Assembly: GCF_963921235.1 (NCBI RefSeq) | Contig: NC_086097.1 | Location: 71,798,001-71,862,000 of the forward strand | DNA from: Mobula hypostoma | Taxonomy: Eukaryota | Length of the DNA stretch: 64,000 nt | Direction: 5' to 3' | Part shown: positions 27,784 through 39,040 of the stretch, one piece after another | Layout of the letters: each line of letters begins with the position of its first letter | Position numbering within the stretch: the first letter of the stretch is position 1 | Program-made: the position numbers and the translations under genes | The notes under the pieces: generated by a model | Database searches by the model: none | Seen by the model: only the letters and a program-made list of their open reading frames with translations | What the model was told of the DNA's origin: nothing

Positions 27784-28254
27784 TCTCCCCTTCCTTAAAA
27801 AGAAAAAATAAAGAACAACATTAATCAAAGCAAATACATAATTCAACAAGCCTCAATCAGTCTCTCTGTGGGTTTATTTGTTATTATTTACGTTTTGTCT
27901 CGTCTGCATCAGTTAACTGAATCTCTGAAGTTGGCTCTTCGCTATCTGGGCCATGACTCTTCTTGTGCTTGTTCTTTTTCTTCTTCTTTTCTGCTTGAAT
28001 CTTTTCTTATGTATCTCAACTAGACTTTTTGGTATGCTCTCACATGTCTCCTGGTTAGAATCTGGAATTTCAGGTAAGCAGTTCATGCTATCCTCCTCAG
28101 TAATCTGCTTCCCTGCTTCTGTTTGGACTGTATCTTTCCTAATTCCTTCCACTTCCATTTATAATGAAATACGGATCTTCTTTGCTTCATCTAATTCACT
28201 CATTAACTGTGTAATCTCTTTTTCATGCTGAGACTTCATCATTTCAATAAAACT

Positions 28255-28560
28255 TCTCAATTCCGTTACTTGAGCTTTCACTTCTTCCTTATACTGTGCC
28301 CACCGTGAGCGTTCTTGCTCTAGTCGGTGATTAGACTGAATCTCATAATCTCTCAGTGTCTCTTTCATTATTGCTTGCATTGAAGCAACCTCCTCTTGCC
28401 ATTACTTTTTCATATCATCAATTGCCTCCTGTTTGGTCGTCTCAGACACTGCAGCTACTGCTTTTATATTCTCCAGGTCAGCATTTGCCTCCATGAGCTG
28501 GACCTACAGTCAAGTTACATCACCTGCTGACTGTAATGCAACATTCTGTCGCTTCAGCTC
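28255..28560 (-). pseudogene. RABEP1: Captured Rabaptin-5 (RABEP1-like) N-terminal coiled-coil fragment, in frame with the protease
   Basis: Manual translation: [99 protein letters not shown]. It aligns nearly gap-free with human RABEP1 as I recall it (DLKRQNAVLQAAQDDLGHLRTQLWEAQAEMENIKAIATVSENTKQEAIDEVKRQWREEVASLQAVMKETVRDYEHQFHLRLEQERTQWAQYRES), about 60% identity by eye. Not database-verified. Confidence 0.85.
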
Positions 28561-28968
28561 TCTGTCACTATCCAAGACAAAAATTCTTTTCACCAAACTC
28601 AGTCTTTCACAGGCAGATACACCAAGTATTGATTGTACATTTTTTGGCATGACCGAAAATGAAAGCGTGTGCACAGTATTTTTGTGTGATACTTTTGCCA
28701 CACATGTTCCTTTAACTGGAATGTCTGCACCTGAATAATCAGTCACTTTAATATTTTTCTGATGTAACTTTGGTCTTGGCTTTAAAGCTTTAAACTCAGA
28801 TTCTGCAAGAACATTTACTTGCGCTCCAGTATCAAACTTAAACAGAATATTGTTTTGATTCACTTGCAACAGAACAGTCCAGTCATTCTTACTTTGTTTA
28901 TTTTCGCAAAGCACATCTATATAAAATTCCTCTCGTTCATCTTCAAGCACAGCATTTACTTGTTTCAT
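28561..28968 (-). pseudogene. Gypsy aspartic protease
   Basis: ILFKFDTGAQVNVL active site (D at 28831-28833) and QSILGVSACERLSLVKRI C-terminal motif. Confidence 0.9.
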
Positions 28969-29734
28969 TTTATTTTCCTTCTTTCTACTTCTACAACAGC
29001 ATGAAAAATGATTAATATTACCGCAGTTACAGCAAATTTTGCCATATGCGAAACACTGATTTGGACGGTGTTCCCATGCACAGCAATCACATGACCTTTT
29101 TTTTCAAATGCCGACTTGCTCTCCGTCGGTTTTGTTGACGTATTATGATATTTCTTGATATATTCGCGGTTTTTTAAAAGCATTTACATTGTAGTTTTCA
29201 ACAAGAAGCTCTTCAGACTGTGACATTACGTTCTCAGAAGCTTTGCAGAGCGCAAAAGCTTGTTCAAAATTTAAATCTTGCTCTCTCAACAGCATTTCTC
29301 ATAGAGCATTATTCTGAATGCCACAAACTATTCTACCTTTAATCAGAGAGTCCATAAGCAATCCAAACTCGCACATTCTACTACGCTTTCTTAACTCCGT
29401 ATCATACTGATCAATTGTTTCAGCAGCCTTCTGCGCACATGTGAAGAATTTGTATCACTCATACGTTAAATTACACCTAGGTATACAAAATACTTCAAAT
29501 CTGTCCATTATTGACTTTAAATTGAAATTTTCTCCATCTTCAAAGACAAAATTATATATCTTTACTGCGTCATTTCTGATTACGTGGAGCAGGATTGCAG
29601 CTTTGGTTTTGTCCAGATTTCTATCAGCTTCGATGGCTGACAAATATATCTTAAACTGTTGCTTGAATATCCTCCAATTCTCAGTTACATTCCCAGTCAG
29701 CTACAATTTTTTGTGGGAGTTGTAAACCTTCCAT
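28969..29734 (-). pseudogene. Gypsy gag with two zinc knuckles (decayed)
   Basis: MEGLQ..LTGNVTENWRIFKQQF; NLTYE*YKFF..Q..ETIDQY.TELRK..CEFG..SLIKGRIVCGI..LLREQDLN..A..LCKASE; knuckles CDCCAWEHRPNQC and CCNCGNINHFSCCC. A few stops and homopolymer frameshifts. Confidence 0.9.
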
Positions 29735-29825
29735 ATTACCGATTACCATTCGATCTTGTTTCTTCTTTTTTTCGATTATCTTCGATTCTCGATTCTCGAC
29801 TCTCCCGTATTACTCTTCCAGAACT

Positions 29826-29838
29826 ACTTCTGACACCA
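29826..29838 (-). promoter_or_regulatory. Primer-binding site complementary to the tRNA-Leu 3' end
   Basis: TGGTGTCAGAAGT immediately after the 5' LTR is the complement of vertebrate tRNA-Leu ...ACTTCTGACACCA. Confidence 0.85.
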
Positions 29839-30037
29839 TGTTATATTACTTCTGTTTAAACATTCTGTGGTTTAACAACAAAGAATCCTACTCTGGAAAA
29901 ATTAGAGATCTTTTATTTACAGAAATAAACAAACACATCTTAACCCCGCCACATTCTGAAACATTCTGGCAAACCCCGCGCATGCTCAGTGCTGTCTAAT
30001 CAAGTACTGGCACATCATTGCACATGATATCACCACA
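29839..30037 (-). repeat. 5' LTR of Gypsy element 2
   Basis: TGTGGTG...TAACA on minus, followed by the PBS. Confidence 0.95.
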
Positions 30038-31599
30038 ACATCCACAGCGAATAAGTGTTTTAGAGGTTGGTGATGAACTCCTACCCAAGAAATGACTTGG
30101 ATCCGCTCCAGTTTGCCAACCAGAGCAACAAGTCCACAGCAGATGCCATCTCATTGGTTCTTCACTAAACTCTGCAACATTGGGACAGCAAAGATGTATA
30201 CATAAGGATGCTGTTTATCCACTGCAAGTCAGCCATCAGCCCCTCAAAACTAATCAGTACACTTCAAGACCTTGGCCCCAATACCTCCTTGTGCAGATGG
30301 ATACTGTATTTCCTCACTTGCAGATCCTAGCCAGTTTGGATTGTCAACAACATCTCGTCCACAATCTCCATCAACATAGATGCACCACAAGACTGTGTGC
30401 TTAGCCCCCTTCTCTGATTGCTTCACATTTATGACTGTGTGGCGAAGCGCAGCTCCAATGACATATTCCAGTTTGCTGATGACACCACTGCATATAGGAG
30501 GGAAATTGAAAATCTGACCAAGTAGTGCCACAAAAACAACCTCTCACTCAATGTCAGCAACACCAAGGAGCTGATTATTAACTTCAGGAGAAGGAAACAA
30601 GATGTCCACGAGCTAATCCTTATTGAAGGATCAAAGGTGGAGAGAGTCAGCAACTTTAAATTCCTCAGTGTTAGCTTTTCCTGAGCACAGGATGTAAGTG
30701 CAATTATGAAGAAAGCACAGCAGTGCTTCCGCTTCCTTAGTAGTTTGCAGAGATCCAGCATGACGTCTAAAACTTTGATAAACTTCTTTAGATGTGTAGT
30801 GCAATCAACTGGTTACATCAGAGCCTGGTATAGAAACACCAATACCCTTGAACAGAAAATCCTCCAAAAAGTAGAGTATATGGCCTAGTCATAGCCATAA
30901 AGCCATAGCCACAGGTAGAGTATACGACCCAGTCATAGCCAAATAGCCATAGCCACAGGTAAAGCCATCCCCACCACTGAGCACATCTACATGGAGGAAA
31001 AGCAGCATCCATCATCACAGACCCCCACCACCCAGACCATGCTCTCTTCTTGCTGCTGTCATCAGGGAGAAGGTACAGGAGCCTCAGGACTCACACCACC
31101 AGGTTCAAGAACAGTCATTACCCATCAGCTATCTTGCTCCATCATTGAGATGTTCCCACAGTCTATAAACTGATTTTCAAGGACTCTCCGTCACATGTTC
31201 TCAATACTTGTTGTTTACTTATTTGTTATTATTATTTATTTATTTTTGTATTTGAACAGCTCATTGTCTTTTGCACACTAGTTGAATGCCCAAGTTGCTG
31301 TAGTCTTTCATTGATTCCATTATGGTTATTATTCTATTATGGATCTATTGAGTATGCTTGCAAGAAAATGAATCTCAGGGTTGTACAAAGTTTGTATATA
31401 GTGACATCTAAGTATTTTGACAATAAATTCATTTTGAACTTTTGCTACTTCCTTAATTCACAGTCATTCTCAACCTGCGAATATCAATAGGCTTTCATAT
31501 GACCAGTTTGTCAGTAAATCTTGAAGAAGCCTGTTGAGTATACTATTTCTGGTATGTGATCACTTTAATAATTAACTGCAAAGTAACAAGCAATGAGGG

Positions 31600-32660
31600 G
31601 TTACAAAACAGGAGAGAACTGAGACTGAAAACAACAAGTCAATAAGAGAATTGAAGGCTAGGAGCAACTGGTTGGAAAAGAGTGGCAGGTGACTCCTGTT
31701 AGCTGGGTGGAGACTAGGAGGTGTCTATCTCTGCAGGCCTGAGAGGACCCGCCTCCCCCCTCCTATGCATTAGGAGCATCAGATGGCCCAGGACAACCTG
31801 AATAGGTCTGGTAGATCTCCTCAATGGGTAATGGATCCAAGATGAAATTGGACATCACTCAAGACCTCTCCACAGGGCTATACCCTTCCCAATCAACAAG
31901 GTCCTGCTCATCCCGTCCATGGAGACACGAATCCATCAGCCATCGAACCGTGCAGACTGGACCTCCTTTCACTATCCTTGGTTCCAAAGGTGCAGGTTCA
32001 TTGGAGTGATGGTCTATGGACACAGGCTTGAGGCAGGACATGTGGCTGGTGGGTGTGATCATGAGGGACAGTGGCAACTGAAGATAGTAAGTGATTGGAT
32101 TGATCCTGAAAGGACCAATGAACTGGAGGGAGAGCTTGCAGGAGTTGATGCGCAGGAACGGATCTCGGGTGGACAGTCAGACATAGGTCCCAGGCTGGAG
32201 TAATCTGGCTGGGCACTGACAGTGGTTAGGCTGGTGGTAGAAGGGACGTTTGGCAGCCCTTCATCCTCTCTTCCAAGTGTTGCACCACTGGTGAACCAGA
32301 GTCCTGGTGGACTGGGCCTCCACCGTTGGCTCCTCCATGGGGAACAACAGCAACTGGTAGCCATGAAGCACTTGAAAGGGTGACAAACTTGTGGCAGAGG
32401 AGGAGTGTAGATTGTAGGACAGCTCAGCCCAGACAGATAGATACTTCTTCCATGTGGAAGGGTAAGAGGTAGTGAGCGCAGAAACTTCTCCAGTTGCTGA
32501 TTGGCTTTTTCTGGCTGAAGGTTAGGGTTAGGGTTAGACTGAATGTTGGTCAGCGGCTGATAGCCAGAGGACAAACTCACTGAGTTGCATAGGAAGGAGC
32601 AGAAGGCTGCTCAGAAGCGGGAGATGAATTGTGGGCCCAGTCTGACACAGTGCCAGAAGC
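31600..32660 (-). mobile_element. Chromovirus (sushi-like Gypsy) integrase/chromodomain remnant with PPT
   Basis: VSD.GPQFISRF, SLSSGYQPLTN..EKANQQLEKFLR, chromodomain VRWLMDS..LVDWEGYSPVERS, G-rich PPT at ~31748-31760. Confidence 0.8.
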
Positions 32661-32829
32661 TGGCTGAAGAAGTGGGACAGAAATGGTAACATCTTCATTG
32701 ATGTTCAAGATATACCTGAGGAACGATTTTCAAATGTTGCCAATACAGGTACTCTACTTACAGTGTAATATCACAGCTTACTAAAGGCAGTCCAGATCAC
32801 TATTTGTTATAAAAGTGAAATATCAATAA

Positions 32830-33205
32830 AGTCAAGTCAAGTCAAATCGCTTTTATTGTCATTTCGACCATAAACTGCTGGTACAGTATACAGTAAAAAC
32901 CAAACAACATTCCTCCATGACCATGGTGCTACATGAAACAAAACAACACAAAACTACACTAGACTATGTGAGACAACACAAAGCTACACTAGACTAGGTA
33001 AGACAACACAAAAACTACACTAGACTACAGACCTACACAGGACTACATGAAGTGCACAAAACAGTGCAGGGCAGTACAATAAATAATAAACAAGACAATA
33101 GGCACAGTAGAGGACAAGTTACAATATAATAATAAATGATGTAGATGTCAGTCTAGACTCTGGGTATTAAGGAGTCTGATGGATTGGGGGAAGAAACTGT
33201 TGCAC
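32830..33205 (-). mobile_element. LINE 3' UTR fragment
   Basis: (TTGAC)n tail at ~32830-32845 with AATAAA; SFFP-type end at ~33190. Confidence 0.6.
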
Positions 33206-33304
33206 TGTTGCAAAGTGTCTCCATGTTCACTTCCAAAGGTTAAGTTGTACACTTCCCAGTCTCTGAACTGACCCAAGCAAACAGCAATTAATGAAGGCCA
33301 TACA

Positions 33305-33640
33305 AGCATAAGACAATAAGACACATAAGCAGAATTCAGCTATCTAGTCCCTTATGGCTAATTTATTTTCCCTTTCAACGCCATTCTCCTGCCTTCTCCC
33401 CATAACGATCGATGCTCTTACGAATCAAGAGCATATTAACCTCTACCAAATGACTTGGGCTCCACAGCTGCATGTGGCAATGAATTCCAAAGATTCAACA
33501 ACTTCTGGCTAAAGAAATTCCTCCTCATCTCTGTTCTAATGGGACATTTTTCTATTCTGAGGTTGTGCCCTCTGGCCCTAGACTCTCCCACTATTGGAAA
33601 CATCCTCGCTATGTCAACTCTATATAGGCCCTTGTTCATT
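33305..33640 (-). mobile_element. CR1 3' fragment
   Basis: MFPIVGESRARGHNLRI..RRNFFSQ..NLWNSLP. Confidence 0.85.
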
Positions 33641-34987
33641 GATCTTCGTTTTCAATAATTAAGGAAGAAATTTGGAATTCCTTTCATGTTATCAGGACAC
33701 CCTGTCACAGTCATAGGAAACAACTTGAAGGAAGTTGAGAAAGATTTTCTGGTTCTGACTCATGCAGGATGGGAACATGGATATGACACACATGAGAACA
33801 GAGGATATGCGCATGATATTTGCAAAATGGGGCTGGTTTGCATACAGAGACTGATACGCATGAGGGAATCATGCTCACAGATCAGAAGATAATTGGACAG
33901 CCAATGACCGCAATGAGTGCTTGGCATAGTATGTTGAGAGGATGAATGGAGCAATGTTTAAGGACCAGGGGTCAGGGGTGATGGTTTTGAAGAAAAAGCT
34001 CATAGATGGGGGCGTGGGAGGGGATCAGACTGGCAGCTTCAAAGTCAGCGAGCTATTGGTAAATTAGGAATCATATTGTGCATGGGTATTGGCTGTGACC
34101 AGGTTGGGTGCAGGAGTTACAATTGGTCTTGGGGTTGTGGATCCCAGGAGAGAGCTGGGTAAGAACATAACTCATAGAGCACTGACCTAAGTATTGGGTT
34201 AGGATCTGTTCTAGGAAGTCTCCTTAGGTAATGCTGTGGCAGCTTCCACAAGCTCTCTGCGGATCAGCTACTGCATGAGTACCATGCATGCATGAATATA
34301 ATTTCTGGAAGTAGTGTCCAGACATAAGCTGCCTACTGTCAAACATCATTGAGCAAGTGATAGAAAGTCTGAAATGTGACTGTATTTTACCATAGAATTT
34401 TCATTGTAATGCATGCAAACAAGGTGTTTCCTGATCTAGTTTCTAAGTAGACACCCCTAGCAGTGTATAGGGAATTCTAAATGCTGCTAGATAGTACTGT
34501 TTTTCTCAGGCTGCTTTCCATATGCATCATAATCTGATGGAAAGTTTAGAAGAAAGCATGTAATTTCTACTAAATTTCAAAATACTTGTGTTACTGGAGT
34601 CAGCTCAAAGATGTACTCAATAAAATATCATTGGGAGATTTTATTGCTCCTGCATAAACAACCTGAATATGCACATAAGTCCATTTTAGTCATAGATAAT
34701 ATGTTAATGTTTTTGCTTCATATGTATTAGAAAACAAAACAATGCTTAAGACAAGTTTCCAGCAAAGAACAATTTTGATTACTTCATCAGAACCCACTGT
34801 ATGTTCAAATCCTTCTCTGTATATTCTTCATGATATAAAAACATTGAGAAAAATAAAGGTAATTGAATAACAGAATAGTCTCATATGCTTTTCCAAGGAT
34901 ATTTAATGTCAACAACCAACCAATATTGATCAAAAATAGGATGGAATTGCTCCCTTCTGTATTGAAATGAGATAATTGTTTCTCAAG

Positions 34988-35168
34988 CAACAGGAATTCT
35001 GCAGATGCTGGAAATTCAAGCAACACACATCAAAGTTGCTGGTGAACGCAGCAGGCCAGGCAGCATCTCTAGGAAGAGGTACAGTCGACGTTTCAGGCCG
35101 AGACCCTTCGTCAGGACTAACTGCGTCTAACTGCGCCTGCTGCGTTCACCAGCAACTTTGATGTGTGT
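34988..35168 (-). mobile_element. Short Penelope-like terminal-repeat insertion with an inverted arm
   Basis: 15-bp TSD TAATTGTTTCTCAAG (34973-34987, 35169-35183); perfect 35-bp inverted repeat 35022-35056/35135-35169; same family as 8736-8890. Confidence 0.8.
35083..35118 (-). ncRNA. Minimal type I hammerhead ribozyme
   Basis: Minus strand AGTC-CTGACGA-AGGGTCTCGGCCT-GAAA-CG-TC-GACT: CUGANGA/GAAA core, stem I AGTC/GACT, stem II AGG/CCT, palindromic ACGT in place of helix III, GUC cleavage triplet. Confidence 0.75.
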
Positions 35169-36369
35169 TAATTGTTTCTCAAGACTGATTTTAGTGGCAT
35201 CCTCAACATCAAAGATCTTTTCATGTGGTGGCCAAGATTACATTGGCCAAGCATTTTGTTTGAACATAAACCTGAGTCTTTAACTTTAGAGTAGCCTAGT
35301 AGCCACTCCCAAGGACAATAGATCGTGGTTCTAAGTTAAAATGGGACAGAAAACAAAAAGATGTTGGAAAGGCTTTCCATCGAGGTGATGGTAATTTGGT
35401 CTCATGCAAGAATTTTACTAAATGTTGGAAAACCATGAGCAATTATCATATAATTTAGTTTTAATTTATTTACTGGGCTTTTTGGTTGAAATTGATAGTT
35501 TCATCAAATATTGCTTGACATGAAATTTTCAGAACTTTTAAAATCCAACCTCTTTTAGTGACAAGGTTGTACAGCAATCATCCAATGTCAGTAACCGTGG
35601 CCTTGGGGATGTATCCTGTTCTCACTCCAGCACTACTCCGCCTAATGCCCTGTAATGATCCAAGGAAATTAAATTGCAAGTTTGAGAAACTGCACCGAAC
35701 CGCCTGGTGTAAACATTGAATTAAACAGATTCAGTATCACCACTATCCTTCTGATAATAAGTACTGCTGATGAAGGATGGCTGCACTAGGCCCATTTGTT
35801 GAGCTGGGGTTGTAAGTTGGGGGATGTGGACCTCTCTGATAACAGAGATAATGAGGTGGCTCACATTAATTGTCTTCACTTATGAGTGTCTGTCCTCCTG
35901 CAAACATGATAACTTCCCTCATGTATTTCTGCAAAAGAACATTTATACCCACTATGGACTTATCAGTTTATCTAGTTGATGTCTTGTTATCATTTAATTT
36001 CACTTTGCTTTCATCAAATTCTTCATCTAATCACACCTATCCTCAACCCGATCAAAAAAAACTTTCCTTTATTCTTTCGCTGGTTCTGTAGTTCTCTAAC
36101 ATACTGAGCCATTCACTGATTTTAAGAGTGCACACAATCAATTACTCTGGATGCCAAAACTTACTTTCAATTTTGAAATTTTACTAGGTCTCTTTCTCAG
36201 CTGAATTTTGAGAACCTCTTTGAAAACATGCAAGCTAATGTCATGAATGGGAATTCACCCTGTTGATAAGATGTAATTAGTTTCAATACCATTTCAAAAA
36301 TATGAATGGAAAAAATTCCAGAGACTTTATTTGTTCTGGAGTTAATTCATGCTGCAGGTTCTTTATTGG

Positions 36370-37390
36370 TAAACGCTGGAACTTGAAACAAAAAAACCTT
36401 GGCGAACTCAGCATGTCAAACTACAACTGTGGGGACAAAAGGTGAAATTTGATGCTTTTGGTTGAGACTTTGCATCAGGACTGAGAGGAAGTTGGAATGA
36501 TTGCCAGTATATAGTATATGAGGTGGAGCAGTGAAACTAACAGGTAGATGATAGGTAGAATCAGAGCAGGAAGGTATAAGGAGCATGAGTGGACAAGTGG
36601 ACATGGAGGGAGGGAGGTGATGGGAAAGGTGAAAAAAGGGAGAAGGAATCTAAGTGTGTGTTGGAGGTGAATACTGGGACTGTGGGTAATCTGAAATTCA
36701 AAAGTCCAATGTTCAGTGCTTTGTATTGCCCTCACAATTCTACCGTTTGTAGGATACATAGTAAATTTTCTCCCCAGGCCTATTCCAGTAAATACATACC
36801 TCAACTTTTTTTTATGGAAGATTGGCTACTACATCAGTGCTGTTTCCTGCAGTCATGTGGAACACATCAATTTTATTATGCTTGTTACCAACTTCCACTG
36901 TGCCTTCAAACTCACTCAAACTATCTCTTCCTTAACTGCATCTCTCTGTCGCCATCTCAGGAGGCCAAATTGCCATGGATATCTTCTATATGTCCCCTAA
37001 CTCTTTACATGCATTGACCTCACATGCATTTCCTGTATGTCTGCTCTCAGACTGCCTTTATTCAGACAGAACAGCAATAGAATTTCCTTCCTCCTCACCT
37101 GTCACCTCATAGGCTTCCGCATCCAACATATCATCCTTCACTATTTCCATCTGCTTCAATGTGATCCTTCCAATACTTATATCTTCCCCTCTGCCAGCCT
37201 TTTTGCTTTTCACAAGGACCACTCTCTTCATGACTCCCTGTTCTGCTCGTTCCTCCCCACTCACTCCTCCCCATCTACAGGTACTTTCCTCTGCAATGCT
37301 TGTTCCCTTCACCAGCTTTCTCCATTGCTACCCAATGGGCCAAAGACAAACTGGAAGAAAAACATATTACATTCTTCCTGGATATTCCGA
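36370..37390. mobile_element. Highly decayed Penelope-like remnants in both orientations
   Basis: 36370-36720 resembles 8740-9800; 37037-37390 on plus encodes ISFLLTCHLIGFRIQHIILHYF, similar to the linker in 9840-10430. Confidence 0.55.
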
Positions 37391-37769
37391 ACATTCTGGG
37401 CAATATTTATCCCTCTTGAGATATTTTGCAATATTTTGAAAAGGATAAGAAAGATAGTTAAGTAGAAGTTAGTTCTTCTGGGGCTTGTAAACTCAAGATT
37501 GGTCCGTGTAATAAAATCATTCCCTTCATTTTCAAATAATCGTTTTAACTTTCAGTCTAACCCTCATATCGAGTATCACATCACATATAACCTCATTTAT
37601 CCTAGATGCCCATACAAATGACCACATCACTGCAGATCATATCATGCATTGCATAATATAAAATTGCCATTATATGAAGAAGCGAATTGTCCAACTTACA
37701 TTAAAGCAGTTCCGTGAAAGCCACCGGTGCATTATTAAGCATATTTTTAAGAAATGTCTAGCTCAAATT

Positions 37770-39040
37770 AATGACAGAAAGTCATAGAGTCTTACAGCAG
37801 TCATAGAGTAGTCTCACCACAACCTTGCCAACCTTTTTGCTCCTCTATGCTATCCCATTTGCTCGCATTAGGTCTCTATCCTTTAATACCATGCCAATGG
37901 AAGTGCCAGTCGAAACACCTGTTAAACATTGAGAACGTATCTGATTCCATCACCTCATTTGATAGCAAGTTCTAGATATCAAGCAGTCTCTGGGAAAATA
38001 AAACATCCCCACAAATCCTGATCAAAACTCTTTCATCTCACCTTAAAACTATGTCACCTTGGTTTTGATACCGATACTGATGGAAAAAAAAGATTCTGAT
38101 CATCTACCCTGTCTATACATATTATACTTCTATATTCATTTACTTTGGCACAGGTTAGCCTGCTTCACTCCAGGGAAAACAAACTAGGCCTATCCAATCT
38201 CTTGCCTAACAATCCAGGTAATATCCTGGTGAATCTTTTCTTCTCTTTTCAGTGCGACCACATCATTCAAAAGCATGGCAATAAGAACTGCACACCATAC
38301 TCCAAGTGCAGCAGAATGAATGTTTTGTAAAGTTGTAATATAATATTCCAAGTTCACGCCTTCTTCACTACCCTATCTACCTGTGCTGTCACTCTTAGGA
38401 AGCTATGGACTTGAACTTCAAGGTCCCTCAGTTCGTTAACATTCCTTAGCATTCAATCATTTATTATATATATCCTTCCTCTATTCACCTTCCCAAAACT
38501 TATCACCTCTCACTTGTTGAGGTTAAAATACATCTACCAATATTCTGCCCAACTTTCTATCGAATCTTTATTCTGCTGTGACCTTAAACAATTTTCCTTA
38601 CTGTCCACCATACCACCAACTTTTGTGTCATTCACAGGCTTATTAATAATACTTCCGTCATTCACATGCATATTGTGAATATATATCACAAACAATAATG
38701 ATCCCAGCACTGATTTCTGCAGCGCAAAACTAATTAAAGTAGCATGCTTCCACCTCTACCATCTGCTTCCTATCGTTGAGCCAATTTTGAATTCAATTAT
38801 CTAGCATGCTTTGGATCCCATGTGTCTTAAACTTCTGGAGCAATCTACCATGCAGGACCTTCTCAAATGCATTTCTAGACAATTTCTACTACCCTGCAAT
38901 CATCAGTTTTCTTAGCTACTTCCTAAAAGGCCTTAATCAAATTATAGAGGCAGCATTTCCCCATTAGAAATCCATACTGATCATTCCTGATCAGCCTCTG
39001 CCTTTCCAAATGCATATTAATCTTATCCTTCAGCAGTTTT
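37770..39040 (-). mobile_element. Old CR1 fragment
   Basis: Collinear similarity with the other CR1 copies (e.g. ACTGCACACCATACTCCAAGTG, TTTGTGTCATTCAC, GGACCTTCTCAAATGC). Confidence 0.7.

Larger units (their letters stand above)
27586..30037 (-). mobile_element. Non-autonomous Ty3/Gypsy LTR element: gag-protease fused to a captured Rabaptin-5 fragment; no RT/RH/IN
   Basis: LTRs at 29839-30037 (5') and 27586-27783 (3'), ~85% identical, TG..CA; TSD ACATC (27581-27585, 30038-30042); PBS TGGTGTCAGAAGT; PPT AAGGAAGGGGAGA; internal region only ~2.05 kb. Confidence 0.95.
27255..31443 (+). mobile_element. Decayed Rex1/Babar-like LINE hosting Gypsy element 2
   Basis: VNPQKAFGPD..HPVALTS at the left junction continues as CACAGCGAATAAGTGTTT (T..KCF) at 30043; FADD at ~30472; (TTTGAAC) tail at ~31432. 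Confidence 0.85.

Noticed and set aside
27953..28231. Hydrophobic, signal-peptide or TM-like plus-strand ORF (possible env)
   Set aside because: It is the antisense shadow of the Lys/Arg/Glu-rich minus-strand tail, on the wrong strand for the element.
28255..28560. Exon of the genuine host rabep1 gene or a standard processed pseudogene
   Set aside because: It lies between the two LTRs, fused in frame to the protease, carries stops, and has no clear splice sites, poly-A tail or TSD of its own.
35558..35652. Possible exon DKVVQQSSNVSNRGLGDVSCSHSSTTPPNA
   Set aside because: Poor donor site and no recognisable protein.
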